Assembly: GCA_010093995.1 (NCBI GenBank)
Contig: ML992514.1
Location: 527,967 to 591,966 of the forward strand
Source of the DNA: Elsinoe ampelina
Taxonomy: Eukaryota
Length of the DNA stretch: 64,000 bases
Reading direction: 5' to 3'
Shown: piece by piece, positions 11,635 to 23,439 of the stretch
Position numbering within the stretch: the first letter of the stretch is position 1
Layout of the letters: each line of letters opens with the position of its first letter
The notes under the pieces: model-generated
The model's input: only the letters and a program-made list of their open reading frames with translations
The model's database searches: none
Told to the model about the DNA's origin: nothing
Translations under genes and position numbers: made by a program

Positions 11635-12153
11635 GCCCGAGGTTTTGTAACCGGAGGATCATTTGTGGCTCGAGGCTACGGGTGCTAAAAAGTGTTGAGA
11701 TGCTCAGGGTGGTAGGATTCAAGACGCTGGGCGGCCATGTCCTAAAATCGCTGACGGGAGGAACAAGTCTGGCTCGGTGGGCTTTGCCACTTCTCCCATG
11801 TTTTGTCGGACGTATTCTGCCAATAGGAGTGAGGAAATGGCGAGACTGTACCTTGACATGCATGTTATCATTACCATCTACTTCTCATACATAACATGCA
11901 TCTTATGCCTGCCTTGTCCCAAGTCACTTCCCATCGCTGCCAGTTCTCCTGCATTACGCGGTCTCATCGGCCGCTGACCCTGCTCCTGAAAAGCTACGCC
12001 AGAAGATGCATGCTATGCTCATATCCATCGCGATCTCCAGTCCCAATACCGCTTGACTCCACTTCTCCAATGACGAGGGCAGTCCTGCAATGAACCAGAA
12101 GACCAACCACTCGCCCAGCCCCACCCCATCCCTCATGCCCGGCAACAACCTCT

Positions 12154-15100
12154 TCATGTCCCGGAATACAAACTCCCGCCCCCATCATCCATCCACGCAG
12201 CCTCCTCCCTCCTCTTCCTTCTCGCCCTTCTCTCCCTCCCACTGACCCTCCTCAACAGCCTCCCTCCTTTGTACAGGACACCCTTGACCTTTTCTCCAAA
12301 GCGCCTGATACCGAGCTCCATCCTTCCCTTGCTCATGATCTGCACACCACCCGTACCACCATTGCCAGCAAACCAGTCCGGGCTCGGAATCCCGCTCTCA
12401 GTGCCTGCTCCTTGGGCGACTTCGTACCCTCCGCCACCGACACCCGAAGAGCGACTGAGGTAGCTCAACCTGCTGCCTGCGCCGCGAGAGCCCATACTAT
12501 GAGCCATACGACTGGGACCACGGTTACTCATGCGACTGCCCAATGAACGACCGCCGAGTACACCAGTGATGGTGCGAGCACGGTCGAGAGGCTTTCCATC
12601 TGTGCTGACACGGCCGAGCTCGTCAACTTGCATGGCTTCCGCAGCGGCAATATTGTCTGGCGATCCACCACTGATCCAGGAACCTTGACTGTCTGGCCTG
12701 TCGGGACGAGTGACCATGATGCCAGGGCGGAAGCGGAGACTGCTCAAGCCGCTGAGACGCTTTCGGAGGACTTCGCCTCTGCTGCCAGCCCGAGAGCGAT
12801 TGCGTAGACTGCGAGAGCGAGCACCAGTACGAGTAGAGTCATTGTCGTCGCTAAAGTAGGAGCGGACTTCGTCGAGATCGTACCCAGCTGGCGGGCTGAG
12901 AGCTGTGTACGGGTAGCGATCACTAACCGCGTGAGGCTTGCCTGATTGTTTCTCCTGAGCAGGATCGACTGGGAGAGGAATGGAAGCATTCAGCTTGTCG
13001 GCAGACTTCTTTCCCATGAGCTGAGGAGTGTATGATCGAGCTTTACCTTTGCTCTTGGTGGTCTTGCTGGTACCGACGCTCTTGATTGTCTCAGTCTCAA
13101 TGATAGCATCTACGTCACGGTGGAAGCCTCGATCTGGGTCGGGACTGAGTGCACCAGACATGCCCGTTCCCGGACGCTTGCTACTGGGGCTGTCCATACT
13201 TGGACGGAGGGGGCTGGTCATCTTGGCTCGGCGAGAGAGTGATCCAAACAGAGAAGTAGCCTTCTTACTCAAGACACGTTGATGACGATTGCCGGTCAAA
13301 GTATCTGCAGTGACTGTGGCTGTTGGCTCCAGCTCTGACACTTCGGCCGGAGAAGAGTCTTCGGCATCATTCTCGCCGACTCGTGAAAGGGAGATATCGA
13401 GAGCCGATACCGAGCCACGATCAGTACCTTGCGCTTTGGCGCGGAGAATGTGGCTCGCGATACTCTCACGTTCTGGCGTTGAGTTGAAGTCGACCTTGAG
13501 ATCAATGTCCATAGGACCAGCATCGGTGGACCAGGGATAGTTCTCGTCGAAGTTCCAGGGTCGAGAGTTGGGATTGGAGGTTGTGAACGAGCGCCGGGTG
13601 GTTGAAATGCCGGCTTGGCTTAACGACATAGTATTGCTGTCGCGGCTGTCGGACTGTGTACGGCGAAGAGGCGGATGTATAATGGCAGTGCCAACGGAGG
13701 AATCAGATGCTTCGGATGAGTTGTCAGTAACGATCTCTGCGGCAGAGGCCGAGCGAGTGGTATCTTCCGAGGTCTTCGGTAGAGGGGGCAAGCTCTTGTT
13801 GTAGCGCGGGCTAGGCGCCACATACTGGGAGGAGTGCGTACCGTTCGTCGCAATGTCGTCGGCGATGGCTGCCAGCGAGCGGAGTACACTAGACGACCGG
13901 GCTGATAGCATGGTATTGGGACGCTCCCCAAGATGGTGGATCTCGTCAATGGTCTGCTTGATCTTCTGCTCGTCGGCAATGGTACTGTCGAGATGCAGAC
14001 GCTTCAGTGAGGGCAGGAGCTCCGAGAGTCGGTACGAAAGAGCATCGACAGATGGTACCGAGATGCGATTAGCCTCAGAGGCGACACCTAGGAGTTCAGT
14101 CGGGGACAAGGGACGGCTTTCTCTGCCGTCAAGAGGGTGGGGCTGCTCACTGGAGATTCTTTCTTGATGCTTCTTGTCGTGAACTGTGGACTTCTGGATC
14201 TTGTCTTTCGGTAACGGAGCCAAGATCGACATGCTCATACTCTCACTCTCCTCATCCGGAGTGGGAACGTGAAATTCCTCTGGCTTGGCAAAGAAGCTGG
14301 TGTATCTCTCACGTAGAGCTTCAGTAGAAGAAGGACGCAATGGCGATGGACTGACAATCGCTCCAGAGCTCAGGTGCTTCCGCACAATTTCCAGTGATCT
14401 GGAGTCGTGGTACTCAAGAGCAGCGTTCAATTGATCGATCAAGTTCATCTGGCTGAAGTTCAGGGAAGGCAGATTGCGTATCTCAGACAGAGTCATCTCC
14501 GATCGTAACCTGACAGTAGCCTCTGATCCAGCATGATCCGAAGATAGACGTCCGTGACCAGCAAGCAGTTGTGACTTTGCGCTAGCCATATCTTCCTGTG
14601 AAGCCTCCTCCAAGTCTGGGAGGCGCGAGGACTGTCCTGCACCTGGCTTCTCATTCTCTTTGTTCTGTCCCGACGCGTTCTTAATCTTGTCGCGAAGAAA
14701 GGCGGAGTGACGGCGAGGGAAAGATCGGCGGATGAAGCTAGATAGATCTGTGCCTTCGTCTTGTTTGCTGGATTCGGTCTTTGCCGACGGCTTGTCTTGC
14801 TTGGTGACCTGAAGAGGGGCAATTGTATCCATGTCTTGGTAAACAGATTCTCGTGGTGATATGGCCTCTGGTAGCTCGTGAATATCCTTGTGCAATTTTG
14901 GTTGATGCTCTGGAATGGATGAGACTCGAATAATGTTGGCCTTGGCCATGCTAGCCTGGCGCGGGATGGAAAAGCGAACGGCGATGTCGGTGATGATGTC
15001 GCTGGTGACACCCGCATTGGTGTCAATGTCTTCGTCGGTGTCGAATCGAGAGACGACTTCGATATGAGGTGCAACAGTGGCGGGTTCATCCGACGTCTGT

Positions 15101-17175
15101 GCGGGTGAGGATGTGGCGTCCGATTTGGGAGAATCACATGCTTCGTCTGGAAATTGGCCAGGGATGGAGAAGCGATGCAGATTGGATTGAGCCGCAGCCA
15201 CGTCTGTCACTTCCGGCTTGGTCACCTCAGTGGCGGATCGAAGGACCTTGACTTCGACAACTTCCTCCACTTCAGCCTCGGGGGCGACTGGCGGAGCAGT
15301 AGCAGGGATTTCGATCTTGACGGCAAAATCATCTGGATCAGACTGAACGATTTCATCCTTCTCGGATAGTGTATCGTCGCTGCCATCGATGTTGGCTTCG
15401 TCGGCTGGAGCAGTGGGCGGAGCTACCATCTCTGACGGGTATTCTGAGCTGGGACGCCTGACGCTGCCGACCTCTTCGTTGACAGACTCGTGCTGTGAAG
15501 CTCGCTTGAGCCTAGCAAGATCCTGCAAGAGGGTTTCATGCTCTGACGATGATGGCGATAGAGTAGCACGGACAAGTTCTCTGGTGATTCTGACCTCGCC
15601 ACGGGAAGCAGTGACCTTTGGACTCTCGTCTGCCTTGACATCGACAACCACCTCAGTGACCTTGACGGGCGTTGCCGGGAGCTCAGAAACTGTCCGTTCC
15701 CTCCGCAATTGGTGCTCACTGATTTTGCGGATGGGTACTTTCAATGGCGCTGGGGGTGAGGCATCGTGCTTGTTCTCGAGCAAAGCCTTCATTCGTTGTA
15801 CGAGTCCACCAGCATGCGCTGCAGGCGTTGATGGTGCTGATATGGGCAGTCTGTCTTCCACGGTGGCGGCCTTCATCTGCCCTAGGCCTACTTTCGCTTC
15901 AAGCTCCCTCGCTTCCGGCTCGTGGTGGTCCAGATCAGCTTCCATCTCATGAGCCACTTCAAGGATGGGCTCAACTTCTGGCTCCACCATATCGTTCGCC
16001 TTGCTTGCATACGCAATGTAGCTGGAGTACGCCGCCTGCTCGCTGTTCTCGTCTTGAACCTCCTCGAGGGCAGGCTCGATGAAATTTGGGTCTATGGCGA
16101 TGTTGCCTGCAGTGAGATCCTGAGGAGTCGATGGATTAGACGAGTGAGGGGCCGATGAGTTCGGACCCGATGATGGAGGCGTGGCGTCAAGACCAGGAGT
16201 GTAGGCTCGCCGGGGAGGATAACCATAATGCGGATGCAGACCTTGCCTCATCGGCGGCGGACCGTACATGACTGCATGCCTGTGGTTTGTAGGCCCCGGG
16301 GGTGGAGCCTGGTATGAGTATTGTGGCTGGTCGTATGCGTGCATTGGCATTGGTGGAGGCTGCATGTAGCGACTTGGCGGATGTTGCATCGGCGGGTACC
16401 TTGGCTGTGGACCTGGAGGTGGTGGACCATAGGCATATTCGCTGTGGTATGACGGCATTGGAGGTCTCTGTTGGTATCGACCAGAAGGAGGCTGCCGAGG
16501 CACGTGGTAATCGCTCAACGCTGGAGAGACTGAGCGATAGCCAGGCCTCGGAGGACGACTCGGATATACTGGAGGACCTCTTGGATACATGCGTGGAGCA
16601 GCTCCTTGACTGCGTAAGCTGCTCACGGATCTTTGACCAAGCAAAGTGTGCTGAGGAAGGCGGCCATGGGTGAGCGAGTAAGATCTGCCGTCAAGACTGC
16701 TTGGAGCCGGAGAGGGATTCGGGGGTAAGCCACGGATAGGCGGTGGGTACGCAGGAGGGCCGTGACTGTCGTATGGTCCTGTCCTGCTTGTTTGCAGACT
16801 ACTGATCGATCCACGATGACTTGCTGAACCGCCATCCCATGGTGTATTTTGTGAGCTGCGTTTCAATACTTTCCCAGTGTGATTGCTCCTCATCGAACCG
16901 TCCGACAATCGAGCTGAATGAGCTCTGTTTCGTTGAGCCTGTCGGTTGATGGGCGGCATTCGTCCTTGATTGACTGAGAGCACACCGAGATCGCCCGTGT
17001 CTGTAGATGTTCGCAGCATGCTCATCACGCCGGGTGCGCTCGCTCCCAGCAAGTCATCAGGCTGATTTGGCGGCTTCAGACGAGATGTGGTCGACATGGT
17101 GGAAGTTCTGCTCTTGCGGCCAAGGGAGACTGCATCTCTGTCGTCAAACGGCATGTTCGCTAGCGTTACCGACAA
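12154..17175 (-). CDS. Large Pro/Ser-rich, mostly disordered hypothetical protein (~1670 aa)
   Basis: Uninterrupted 5-kb ORF; first ATG at 17154, an upstream exon is possible. Ordered-looking islands: SMLRTSTDTGDLG, LPSLNFS, SRPWNFDENYPW, DRYPYTAL. Confidence 0.8.
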   Translation of the reverse strand: MSVTLANMPFDDRDAVSLGRKSRTSTMSTTSRLKPPNQPDDLLGASAPGVMSMLRTSTDTGDLGVLSVNQGRMPPINRQAQRNRAHSARLSDGSMRSNHTGKVLKRSSQNTPWDGGSASHRGSISSLQTSRTGPYDSHGPPAYPPPIRGLPPNPSPAPSSLDGRSYSLTHGRLPQHTLLGQRSVSSLRSQGAAPRMYPRGPPVYPSRPPRPGYRSVSPALSDYHVPRQPPSGRYQQRPPMPSYHSEYAYGPPPPGPQPRYPPMQHPPSRYMQPPPMPMHAYDQPQYSYQAPPPGPTNHRHAVMYGPPPMRQGLHPHYGYPPRRAYTPGLDATPPSSGPNSSAPHSSNPSTPQDLTAGNIAIDPNFIEPALEEVQDENSEQAAYSSYIAYASKANDMVEPEVEPILEVAHEMEADLDHHEPEARELEAKVGLGQMKAATVEDRLPISAPSTPAAHAGGLVQRMKALLENKHDASPPAPLKVPIRKISEHQLRRERTVSELPATPVKVTEVVVDVKADESPKVTASRGEVRITRELVRATLSPSSSEHETLLQDLARLKRASQHESVNEEVGSVRRPSSEYPSEMVAPPTAPADEANIDGSDDTLSEKDEIVQSDPDDFAVKIEIPATAPPVAPEAEVEEVVEVKVLRSATEVTKPEVTDVAAAQSNLHRFSIPGQFPDEACDSPKSDATSSPAQTSDEPATVAPHIEVVSRFDTDEDIDTNAGVTSDIITDIAVRFSIPRQASMAKANIIRVSSIPEHQPKLHKDIHELPEAISPRESVYQDMDTIAPLQVTKQDKPSAKTESSKQDEGTDLSSFIRRSFPRRHSAFLRDKIKNASGQNKENEKPGAGQSSRLPDLEEASQEDMASAKSQLLAGHGRLSSDHAGSEATVRLRSEMTLSEIRNLPSLNFSQMNLIDQLNAALEYHDSRSLEIVRKHLSSGAIVSPSPLRPSSTEALRERYTSFFAKPEEFHVPTPDEESESMSMSILAPLPKDKIQKSTVHDKKHQERISSEQPHPLDGRESRPLSPTELLGVASEANRISVPSVDALSYRLSELLPSLKRLHLDSTIADEQKIKQTIDEIHHLGERPNTMLSARSSSVLRSLAAIADDIATNGTHSSQYVAPSPRYNKSLPPLPKTSEDTTRSASAAEIVTDNSSEASDSSVGTAIIHPPLRRTQSDSRDSNTMSLSQAGISTTRRSFTTSNPNSRPWNFDENYPWSTDAGPMDIDLKVDFNSTPERESIASHILRAKAQGTDRGSVSALDISLSRVGENDAEDSSPAEVSELEPTATVTADTLTGNRHQRVLSKKATSLFGSLSRRAKMTSPLRPSMDSPSSKRPGTGMSGALSPDPDRGFHRDVDAIIETETIKSVGTSKTTKSKGKARSYTPQLMGKKSADKLNASIPLPVDPAQEKQSGKPHAVSDRYPYTALSPPAGYDLDEVRSYFSDDNDSTRTGARSRSLRNRSRAGSRGEVLRKRLSGLSSLRFRPGIMVTRPDRPDSQGSWISGGSPDNIAAAEAMQVDELGRVSTDGKPLDRARTITGVLGGRSLGSRMSNRGPSRMAHSMGSRGAGSRLSYLSRSSGVGGGGYEVAQGAGTESGIPSPDWFAGNGGTGGVQIMSKGRMELGIRRFGEKVKGVLYKGGRLLRRVSGRERRARRKRREEAAWMDDGGGSLYSGT

Positions 17176-17655
17176 GGATCATATCCAAATGGAGGCTATT
17201 TTATATGGATTGGATGCTGGCGGGTGTAGGTCCAACGTTTTGAATGAGTGACAACCTGCTACACTGAGCGAATGATTGATGTGTTGATCAAATGAGCTGG
17301 TTTTGCTGCGACATTGACGGTTGCGCGAAACATGAAGAATTCCAGCGGCAATTGCGGGTCTGTTGCTTGACGTTGCTTCCTTGATAGTCTTGCAGTGCTC
17401 CTTCCGTGAACGAGGCCGTCACCTTGAGCGACCCATCAATCAAAGCAGCTGGCGGTGGATATTAAGAAAGCCATGTCATTGATACCTACAAGTGATTTCT
17501 ATCCGACTATTGCCTTCCCCTGCCATGGGTAATTCTGTCTCAACGTAGGGGTATGTGATCGTAAAATGTCGTTATCCCTACCCAACCCATGAGTTATGCC
17601 GCAACTTCTTCATAAACTATCATCTCTTTCATGTGGCTTTGAACGCCTTTACACC

Positions 17656-20277
17656 TCAACCCGGTGATACCTGAACATAGGAGTGAGAATCCTTCGGCTT
17701 TCGCTTGAAGAATTTGCTGAATTTGTTTGATTTGTTTTGTGAGTAGTCCATCGGTGCGGAGGGAGACATGTTGATAGTATGATGCTGAGGAGGTGATGCG
17801 TGACTGAAACTGCCTGCACGCGAAGAGTGTGGAGGAGTGGTGATGGACGTGTCTGGGAACAGTCCAAGACGAGACGGGGCGCGAGACGATGTCTGAGATG
17901 CAATATCTGACGGTGGCTTTGCAGATGATAGTGCATAAGCAGAGTCCACTTTCGAGCCTGACGCACTGCTGATGTTGTGAGAAAGCCCATGAGCTTGATC
18001 CGACGGTTGTCGTTCATGATGTGTTGAAGGCCCTTCGCGGGCTGGGTTCTGATCCATCATTTTCGACTTTTCCTGCATCTGTCTATGGAGTGCCCTAGGA
18101 TCATAGTTGTGCACAGTCTGGATCTTCTCCGGCGCCTGAACAGATGTTTGAAGCTGCGTGTCCGTGGGGAGTTGTATCTGTGCCCGGGATTTGACTGTCG
18201 AGGGCACCTGAGTTGCCGACATCTGAAATGACTGGTGGGACGGCATGTGAATGACTTGACGTGGAAACGGGAATGGACTAGCATCCAGCTCAGCCCGAGG
18301 CGGTCTCTCGAAAGTGACTGTGTATTCCTGTGGAGCAGGTTCTTTTGACTCTCCAGTCTGCCGATGTGCGACAGCGCTTAAAGCATTGTACACGGGTCGT
18401 TCAGACGGAATCGGATACTGCATGATGGCTGGGGCGGCTTGAGGTGCATATTGAACTGGAGCCGGAGTTGGAGCCGGAGGCTGGTATGGAGCCTGCATGG
18501 GCATCTGCGCAGGAGCCGGAGGAGGAGCCTGTGAGTGAGGTTGAAAGGAACCTTGTCCAGGATTTAGTATGGTTGCTTGCATGTGTGCTGCTGCAGGAGC
18601 TTGTACTGGCGCCGCCGCGGGCATTGTGTTAGAAGCCTGCATGGTCGGAGGATCGGGAGGGACAGTCGACACTGGTGGTCGAGAAGGCGCCCATTGATGA
18701 GGTGCAGGCGGATTATATACTTGTTGCTGAGATGGTAATTGAGAGGTGAAGTTGGGCGACACTTGAGCTTGTTGTTGTTGTGGGTTTTGAGGTGGTGGAG
18801 AAGGTTGGCGCTGCTGCGAAGGCGTGTAGTAGCGTTGTGGTGGTGAGTGTGATTGAGCTTGCGCTTGCGGCTGAGGGGGCTGATAGTGTTGAGTAGGAGG
18901 TGATTGAGGACGTCCTTGCTTTGGCACGTAGGTTGCGACTGGTGCTGGCTGCGCTGTCCTCGACGTAGAAGCATGAGGCGCCGTCGAGGTGGTGGGAGGC
19001 TTGGAATTCTTCATAAACTCAGCCAAATCTTTCGTCTGCGACGTCTTCGGACTTGTCGGCTCTCGCGGTTGCATTGGCTGTCTCTTGCCCGTTTCCGTAG
19101 ATTTTGCCTGACCGAGTATTGAGTTGCTCTTCTTGGGTTTTGATGAGGTGACTATCTTCTTTGGTTTGAGCTTCTTGTCGGACATGACGGTAGAGTGGGC
19201 CTTTGGAATAGTAGCTCGGACTGCAGCTCCTACAGCATCTGGCTCTTTGGGAAGTGGCTTGTCCGAATTCTCGAGCGAGCCTCGACCATCCTGACTGCCT
19301 CGGTGATTATGACGCGAATAAGACGCACCAGGGACAATGGGCGATTGTGGTGTACTGTTCTGGCTCTGCAATACCGTTAGCGATGTCACGCGATACGATG
19401 TTCTGGCTCGACTGACGGCATTGCGACGACTGGCTGCACCAGCCAGTTTGCTCATTTCTCCCACGACAGTCCCAAGCTGCACGAGAGCAACACCGAGCTG
19501 ATGACCCTTGCCTTGAAGATCCCGCAGGCAAGCGCGCCAACCTTCCTCGTTGCCCTTCATTGCGACAAAGATTGCGCTTTGATCTGGTGTCTCGTGTGGC
19601 CAATCATCCTGTACACTGTCGAGATACTCGGCAAGCTGTTGGGTCGTGTTGACTGCCTTCTGGACATCTAGCAACGCGGCATTCATGGCCTTTGCTGTAC
19701 GCTCGATGATCTTCTCAATCTTGTCGTTACCCTCGATTAATTGTGTCCGGAACTTCTTGTCGTCCAGCATGACATCAAAGACCTCCAGATGGGTCATGGG
19801 CAGCTTTAGAAATGAAATGCGCTCGTCGATATCCTTCATGGCCAGATCAAAATCCTCGGTGGTCTTCTCCAAGAAAGCATCGATCTCGTCTACATGTACT
19901 TGTAGAATCTTGACGACCTCGGCGTCCGACTTGGCTTGTCTCTGGTGGAGTAGGTGAAGGCCGAAGATGATTTGGCTCATGAGCTTTACAATGGGGTGAC
20001 AGCGCGCATTCGGTCTCTGCTTCCACCGAGTAGTCCATGAAGCATCATATGTTGGTTGATCGAGCAATTCCCTCCGGCGCGCTTCAGCATTTACTTCGGT
20101 CGGGGTTTTTGTGTCTTCCTCTCCATCTGCCGCCTCTTGTATGGATTCCTCAAATGCCTCCTGCATAGCAGCGACTGGATGAGTCGGAGCTCCATCGTCT
20201 GACACGGCGTCGTCTTCGAGTTCCGGGTCGTATTTGCGGCCGACTCCATCGCGGGAGTCTTTGGCTCTGTCAGCCAT
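17656..20277 (-). CDS. Fungal hypothetical protein: helical/coiled-coil N-terminal domain plus Pro/Gln-rich tail
   Basis: Long ORF from MADRAKD (ATG 20277). Helical domain WKQRPNARCHPIVKLMSQIIFG...DFDLAMKDIDERISFLKLP. Probable in-frame intron ~19365-19415 and possibly a 3' intron. Confidence 0.75.
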   Translation of the reverse strand: MADRAKDSRDGVGRKYDPELEDDAVSDDGAPTHPVAAMQEAFEESIQEAADGEEDTKTPTEVNAEARRRELLDQPTYDASWTTRWKQRPNARCHPIVKLMSQIIFGLHLLHQRQAKSDAEVVKILQVHVDEIDAFLEKTTEDFDLAMKDIDERISFLKLPMTHLEVFDVMLDDKKFRTQLIEGNDKIEKIIERTAKAMNAALLDVQKAVNTTQQLAEYLDSVQDDWPHETPDQSAIFVAMKGNEEGWRACLRDLQGKGHQLGVALVQLGTVVGEMSKLAGAASRRNAVSRARTSYRVTSLTVLQSQNSTPQSPIVPGASYSRHNHRGSQDGRGSLENSDKPLPKEPDAVGAAVRATIPKAHSTVMSDKKLKPKKIVTSSKPKKSNSILGQAKSTETGKRQPMQPREPTSPKTSQTKDLAEFMKNSKPPTTSTAPHASTSRTAQPAPVATYVPKQGRPQSPPTQHYQPPQPQAQAQSHSPPQRYYTPSQQRQPSPPPQNPQQQQAQVSPNFTSQLPSQQQVYNPPAPHQWAPSRPPVSTVPPDPPTMQASNTMPAAAPVQAPAAAHMQATILNPGQGSFQPHSQAPPPAPAQMPMQAPYQPPAPTPAPVQYAPQAAPAIMQYPIPSERPVYNALSAVAHRQTGESKEPAPQEYTVTFERPPRAELDASPFPFPRQVIHMPSHQSFQMSATQVPSTVKSRAQIQLPTDTQLQTSVQAPEKIQTVHNYDPRALHRQMQEKSKMMDQNPAREGPSTHHERQPSDQAHGLSHNISSASGSKVDSAYALSSAKPPSDIASQTSSRAPSRLGLFPDTSITTPPHSSRAGSFSHASPPQHHTINMSPSAPMDYSQNKSNKFSKFFKRKPKDSHSYVQVSPG

Positions 20278-21133
20278 GGTCAAGGTGGGCGGTTGCGACA
20301 GAGGACGAGAGCTACAGAATTGTCGGAGCCATTGGTGATAGCTGAGAGGAAAACACCAGCGGACGGTCCATGGCAGGAGCACAAGGACACGAGCGAACAG
20401 GCTGCGCCAGTTCTGATTAAACCAACAGGCTGGAGCGACATCATGGCTGAAGATGGAGAGTCAGAGCCAGTTGATCCTTCATGCGGTGCCGGTTGGCCTC
20501 ACGGCCTAAGCGCCAGTGCTTCGCTAGTCTCGGGTCATAGTCGTCTGGTTTGCTCTTGTTTCCTGACCGACAAGCCAAATGTGGAAAGGTGCAGGCGGTC
20601 CGGTTTGATGGAAAGCAACACTGTGCCACGTGAGAGCAAGACATTTGTGAACCTCTTGGGATCTTCCTTTCAAACTAAAACCTCAGCTCGGTGGCCCAAA
20701 TTTAGGCCATCCACCATTTCTCTACCATATTTCTACCGCTTCTCGCCCGCGCTCTAAAATTGAGCTGAGTTTGCACTGTCTCTCGCTTCTGTTATCGCAT
20801 GTGATTATTGCATCAATGTCGCCTCGGTCGGATGAATAATGCCCTCACACCTGATTGTCAAACGACATGTATCACAAATCGTGAAACGCGGCTGAACACA
20901 GAGACAGACATGTACACATGTGCTGACCCGCAACAAGACCAGCAATTGTGCTTGGAGACATCCGAACTTGGACGACACGTAGACTTGACCGGTCCAGCGT
21001 GCAATCAGCTGTCGCATTCGATACCTGCCCTGGTCCATCCTGACCCTGTCTCACCCGGTGCCACCGACACAAGCTCCACAACCTCTGAGCACAAAACCAT
21101 TCTCGCATGCATCATCGCGTAAGTATCCAGCAC

Positions 21134-22695
21134 TTACCATCCCCTACACCTCACCCAAACATCCGTCACAACCTCACCTCCATCCACAACAAAATACCAC
21201 CCGAAACTCGGCCCCGCCATGCAAGCATGATTCGGCCAAACCATAACCTTCTCCCCCACCGTCAACCCCCTAACCCCCTCCCTCGATCCCTCCCAAGTAA
21301 GTATCCCATGCTCCTGACTGATTCTCCCCACCATCCACCCCGTTTTCCCGCCAGCAGGATCATACACCCTCCCCTCCTCCCCCTCCCCACTCTCCCTCCA
21401 AGGCGTCACAACCCCCCACCCAGGGTAGCTCTTACACGGCTCCCTCCCCAGCACGATCGAGCCCGCACAGATCAACGCCTCGGGCTTCTCCCGCTCTTCA
21501 TACACAGACGCGACTTCCGCCATGATGCGCAGCGCCAGATTATCCGTCGTGAGCCGCGGCGAGGCATCGATACTCGCCGGCCGCGCCGCCGTTGCAAGCT
21601 GCTGCATGTCCAGCACAGGGTAGACGCCGGCGTGGATCTCGAGCTGGAACGCCTCCTTTACTGCGTCGATGAGTGTCGCCACCTCGCTGCCTTCAGGCGA
21701 TGAGAGGAGGTTCTGCGTCGCTGTCGCTGTGGGCGTGGCGCCGACGGAGATGATGAGTGGTGAAGCTGGCGGGGTGGGGAGCGCGGAGAGCACCGTCTCG
21801 GCGCCTGAGACTGCCTCCTGGATCTCGTCGCGGAGAAAGGTCAGTGCTTCTGTCGGTGAGGAAGAGGAGTAGGAGTGCCCCATGTGGCAGTAGACGCCTG
21901 AGATGAAGATTGTTGGCGAGGAGGAGGCGGCCAGGGTGAGTTTGCTGAGCAGGGTAGACTTGGGCGAGACGCCGGCGCGGTGGTACCCCGCGTCGATCTT
22001 GAACATGATTGAGATTGGACCCGGCCAATTGGTAGGTGAGGTGGTGGCGAAGGAGATGAGGTTTTGGACCTGGGCAGGGTGGTCGACGAGGAAGGAAACG
22101 CTGCCGGGGCCGAGGACGTGGGCGACCTGGGCAAGGCGGGGGATCTGGGAGGGGGCGACGGGGAGACCGTAGATGATCTATGAAGTGCATGAGCAAGTTG
22201 TCTCATGCTCGAATTCTCTTTTGCAAGTGATGGCCATGTCATGTGCATCGAATGTGACTGACATGGCCGCTGGAACAGCACACTACCACAACGGACGAGA
22301 TGAGTACCTACATTCACCACCTTTCCCTCCCTCACACACTCCAAAAGCCACGGCACCAAATGCTCCGCCTCAGAAACCGTCGAACATAGTAGTCTGACAT
22401 CCTTACTCTCCTCCCCCACCTGCAACCTTGACAATTGCACAGTCTACCCACAATTCAGCTTACATTCCACACCTTCACTGACCCAGTGACCTACCTTGTG
22501 CGTCTTCACATGAGCCCTGAAGCCCAGCCCAAGCGCTCTCGCAGTATCCAGCATGTGCTTGCAATTTTGCCTCACCACTGCCGCATCGATGACCGCTGCG
22601 GGGGTGGGGAGGGTGCGGATGTTTTTGCCCACGTATTGTAATTTCAAGGCGGCTTCGGAGGGGGCAGGGAGGGAGAAGGAGGTTGGGGTACTCAT
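21134..22695 (-). CDS. DSD1: D-serine dehydratase-like PLP enzyme (alanine-racemase fold III)
   Basis: LPTPAAVID, FRAHVKTHK (PLP lysine), KIDAGYHRAGV, YCHMGHSY, SVGATPT, SQEHG, PNHAC. Introns 22444-22494 and ~22179-22308. Confidence 0.85.
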
Positions 22696-22901
22696 GATTA
22701 TTATCAAATCTATAAGAAAGGACACGAGATGGTAGTGTGCAAAGTATCAGTATGGGGAGATGGTATGACTGAGAATGGCTTCATTCTTGACTGGTCCGAT
22801 TTCGGCCTTGACGATCATCAACAAATCTGCCCTCCACCACTTCTGATAGTCCACGTCCTTGCTGCTACCACATCCCCCATATCGTCAACTGCTACCGGCC
22901 T

Positions 22902-23264
22902 TCACATAAAGCAGCATACGCACTCCGCGCCTTCATCGCTATAGTCCGGCCCAAGTCCAACCTTAATGCCGACCCTCTTAACCTTGATCATCCTCACGTA
23001 ATGCTTGTCATATCTCCCATCATGGTAGCACCTCGGACACTCTCCCTCCTCAGCGATTCGGTATGGTAAAGGCCACATGAGGGCTGGCCCATCTTTCTGT
23101 GGTCTGATGAAGTCGGGACAGGTGAGAAGGTTGGTGTGTTTGGCGCATGGTGATCTCAATGTAAGCCTGTGGAGTTAGTATCGTGGTACGAATGTCTATG
23201 CTGCAGGTAGGTACTACCAGGTGTGATGACAGCTGAGGGATCGCCAGTATATCGTTCTGCACAT
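22902..23264 (-). CDS. Small Cys/His-rich protein (103 aa) ending in a CaaX box
   Basis: Exons 23264-23218 and 23166-22902 (intron GTAGTA..CTAAC..CAG). Product MCRTIYWRSLSCHHTWLTLRSPCAKHTNLLTCPDF...CPRC...GAECVCCFM*. Confidence 0.7.
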
Positions 23265-23439
23265 TCTGGATCCTGAGACAGGCTACGACTTTTGCAGCAG
23301 GCTTGATGCTTCTTGCGAGCTGAGATTGGCGAGGGCTGGTGTGCGATTAGATGTGTTGCGATGTGCAGTGCATGTAGATAATAGTATGGTGAGAATTGGG
23401 AGGAGGGATGGCGATTTCAGGCTCACTGCCAGTATCCCT

